The position numbers and the translations under genes are program-made. 64,000 bases of DNA. Origin: Carcharhinus longimanus (taxonomy: Eukaryota). Below are positions 63,170 to 64,000 of this stretch, one piece after another. Each line of letters starts with the position of its first letter. Positions within the stretch are counted from its first letter, which is position 1. A model generated the notes under the pieces. It made no database searches. It worked only from the letters and a program-made list of their open reading frames with translations, and was not told the DNA's origin. The stretch is taken from contig JASCQW010000133.1 of assembly GCA_030264375.1 (NCBI GenBank), positions 27,852,733-27,916,732 on the forward strand. The letters are read 5' to 3'.

Positions 63170-63262
63170 CATTTCATTAATTTTGTTCTCAATATCTTCG
63201 GAACATTTATATTGCTTTAGTTCTTCGGCCATTTGCCAATTGGCCTCGGTAAGACCTGCAAT
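63170..63262 (-). CDS. Coding exon of the same gene, IAGLTEANWQMAEELKQYKCSEDIENKINEM
   Basis: 93 nt, acceptor TGCTTTAG and donor GTGATT, phase 0-0. Continues the coiled coil into the last exon. Confidence 0.8.
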
Positions 63263-63891
63263 CTAAAGCAATTCATATGAACAGCTTTTCAGAAAGTTAA
63301 AGGAATCTTTTTCAGTAAAAGAGATAAATTGGAAACTAACTGAAGGCACATAGGTCATTTTTTAATCTATTAACTTATTGGTATCGCAACTGACACTAGA
63401 ATAGACAGCATGAGAACAAAGTAATAGGTGCAATCATAAGTGAAAAACAGAAGAACGCCTGTTTGCTTTCGCCATTAATGACTCACTAACATAACCAGCA
63501 CATCCAATTTGCTGTTTTAGACTATTTTTTGAAGAGGTGGCAAGTTATAAGGGCATCAACTTTTGCAGTTTTGAAGCTTGCAAAATTTCTAAAACTTTCA
63601 GGCTTCCTCAATTCATCTCCTTCTTCTGTTTCAGTTTAGATTATGCCTCTTGTACTGCTGACCAATTTGTTCTACATTTTCTATTTCAGATTTCCAAAAT
63701 TTGTCATCTTTCTTCTATGCACTGTGAATTAAGGAAGGAACTTGGTACAGATATTTTACAGGAACACCCCTAGACCTGTGTCTCCCCTGCCAGTTAAACA
63801 AAATCTTTAAGATTTGCTTCATGTCTGAGCATTGGCAATACTTCACACCAGAAAAAGGTTAGTACTCACTGTCAGATATTGCTTTACACAC

Positions 63892-64000
63892 CTGATCCTT
63901 TAACTGTTGGATTTCCACTTGGAGCCTGCGTTCAGTATCTGCTTTCTCCACTCGGAGCTGATGATTCTGCTGGTGTAGTTCTAGCAGTTGTTTTTCTATT
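63892..64000 (-). CDS. Partial coding exon of an unidentified coiled-coil protein, IEKQLLELHQQNHQLRVEKADTERRLQVEIQQLKDQ
   Basis: Open frame to the window edge with heptad pattern. Donor CAG|GTGTGT at 63891; an alternative GTGAGT donor lies at 63869. Confidence 0.8.

Overview
This is eukaryotic, repeat-rich vertebrate DNA. It is most likely a shark or other elasmobranch, inferred from HE1-type V-SINEs, DeuSINEs and abundant CR1 LINEs. The 10-N and 100-N gaps suggest a draft short-read or linked-read assembly. The minus strand carries the 5' half of AP1B1 (AP-1 adaptor complex beta-1 subunit): a CpG-rich promoter and non-coding exon 1 at about 37.4-37.6 kb, then nine coding exons from 32786 down to 2107. 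These splice in frame with GT-AG boundaries and encode about residues 1-424; the gene continues off the left edge. Upstream, on the same strand, are the last three coding exons and 3' UTR of a coiled-coil protein gene I cannot name (64000 to about 54900). The rest is intronic or intergenic mobile DNA: CR1/L2-clade LINE fragments (one young family sits at assembly gaps), two V-SINE subfamilies, DeuSINEs, solo LTRs, a Gypsy pol relic, MITEs and Penelope-derived fold-back elements with minimal hammerhead-ribozyme motifs. The most unusual item is an element of about 210 nt in AP1B1 intron 5 (15869-16080). It has a perfect U2 snRNA 5' head, two tandem related hairpin modules, AATAAA and an A-rich tail, and is a candidate snRNA-headed retroposon.
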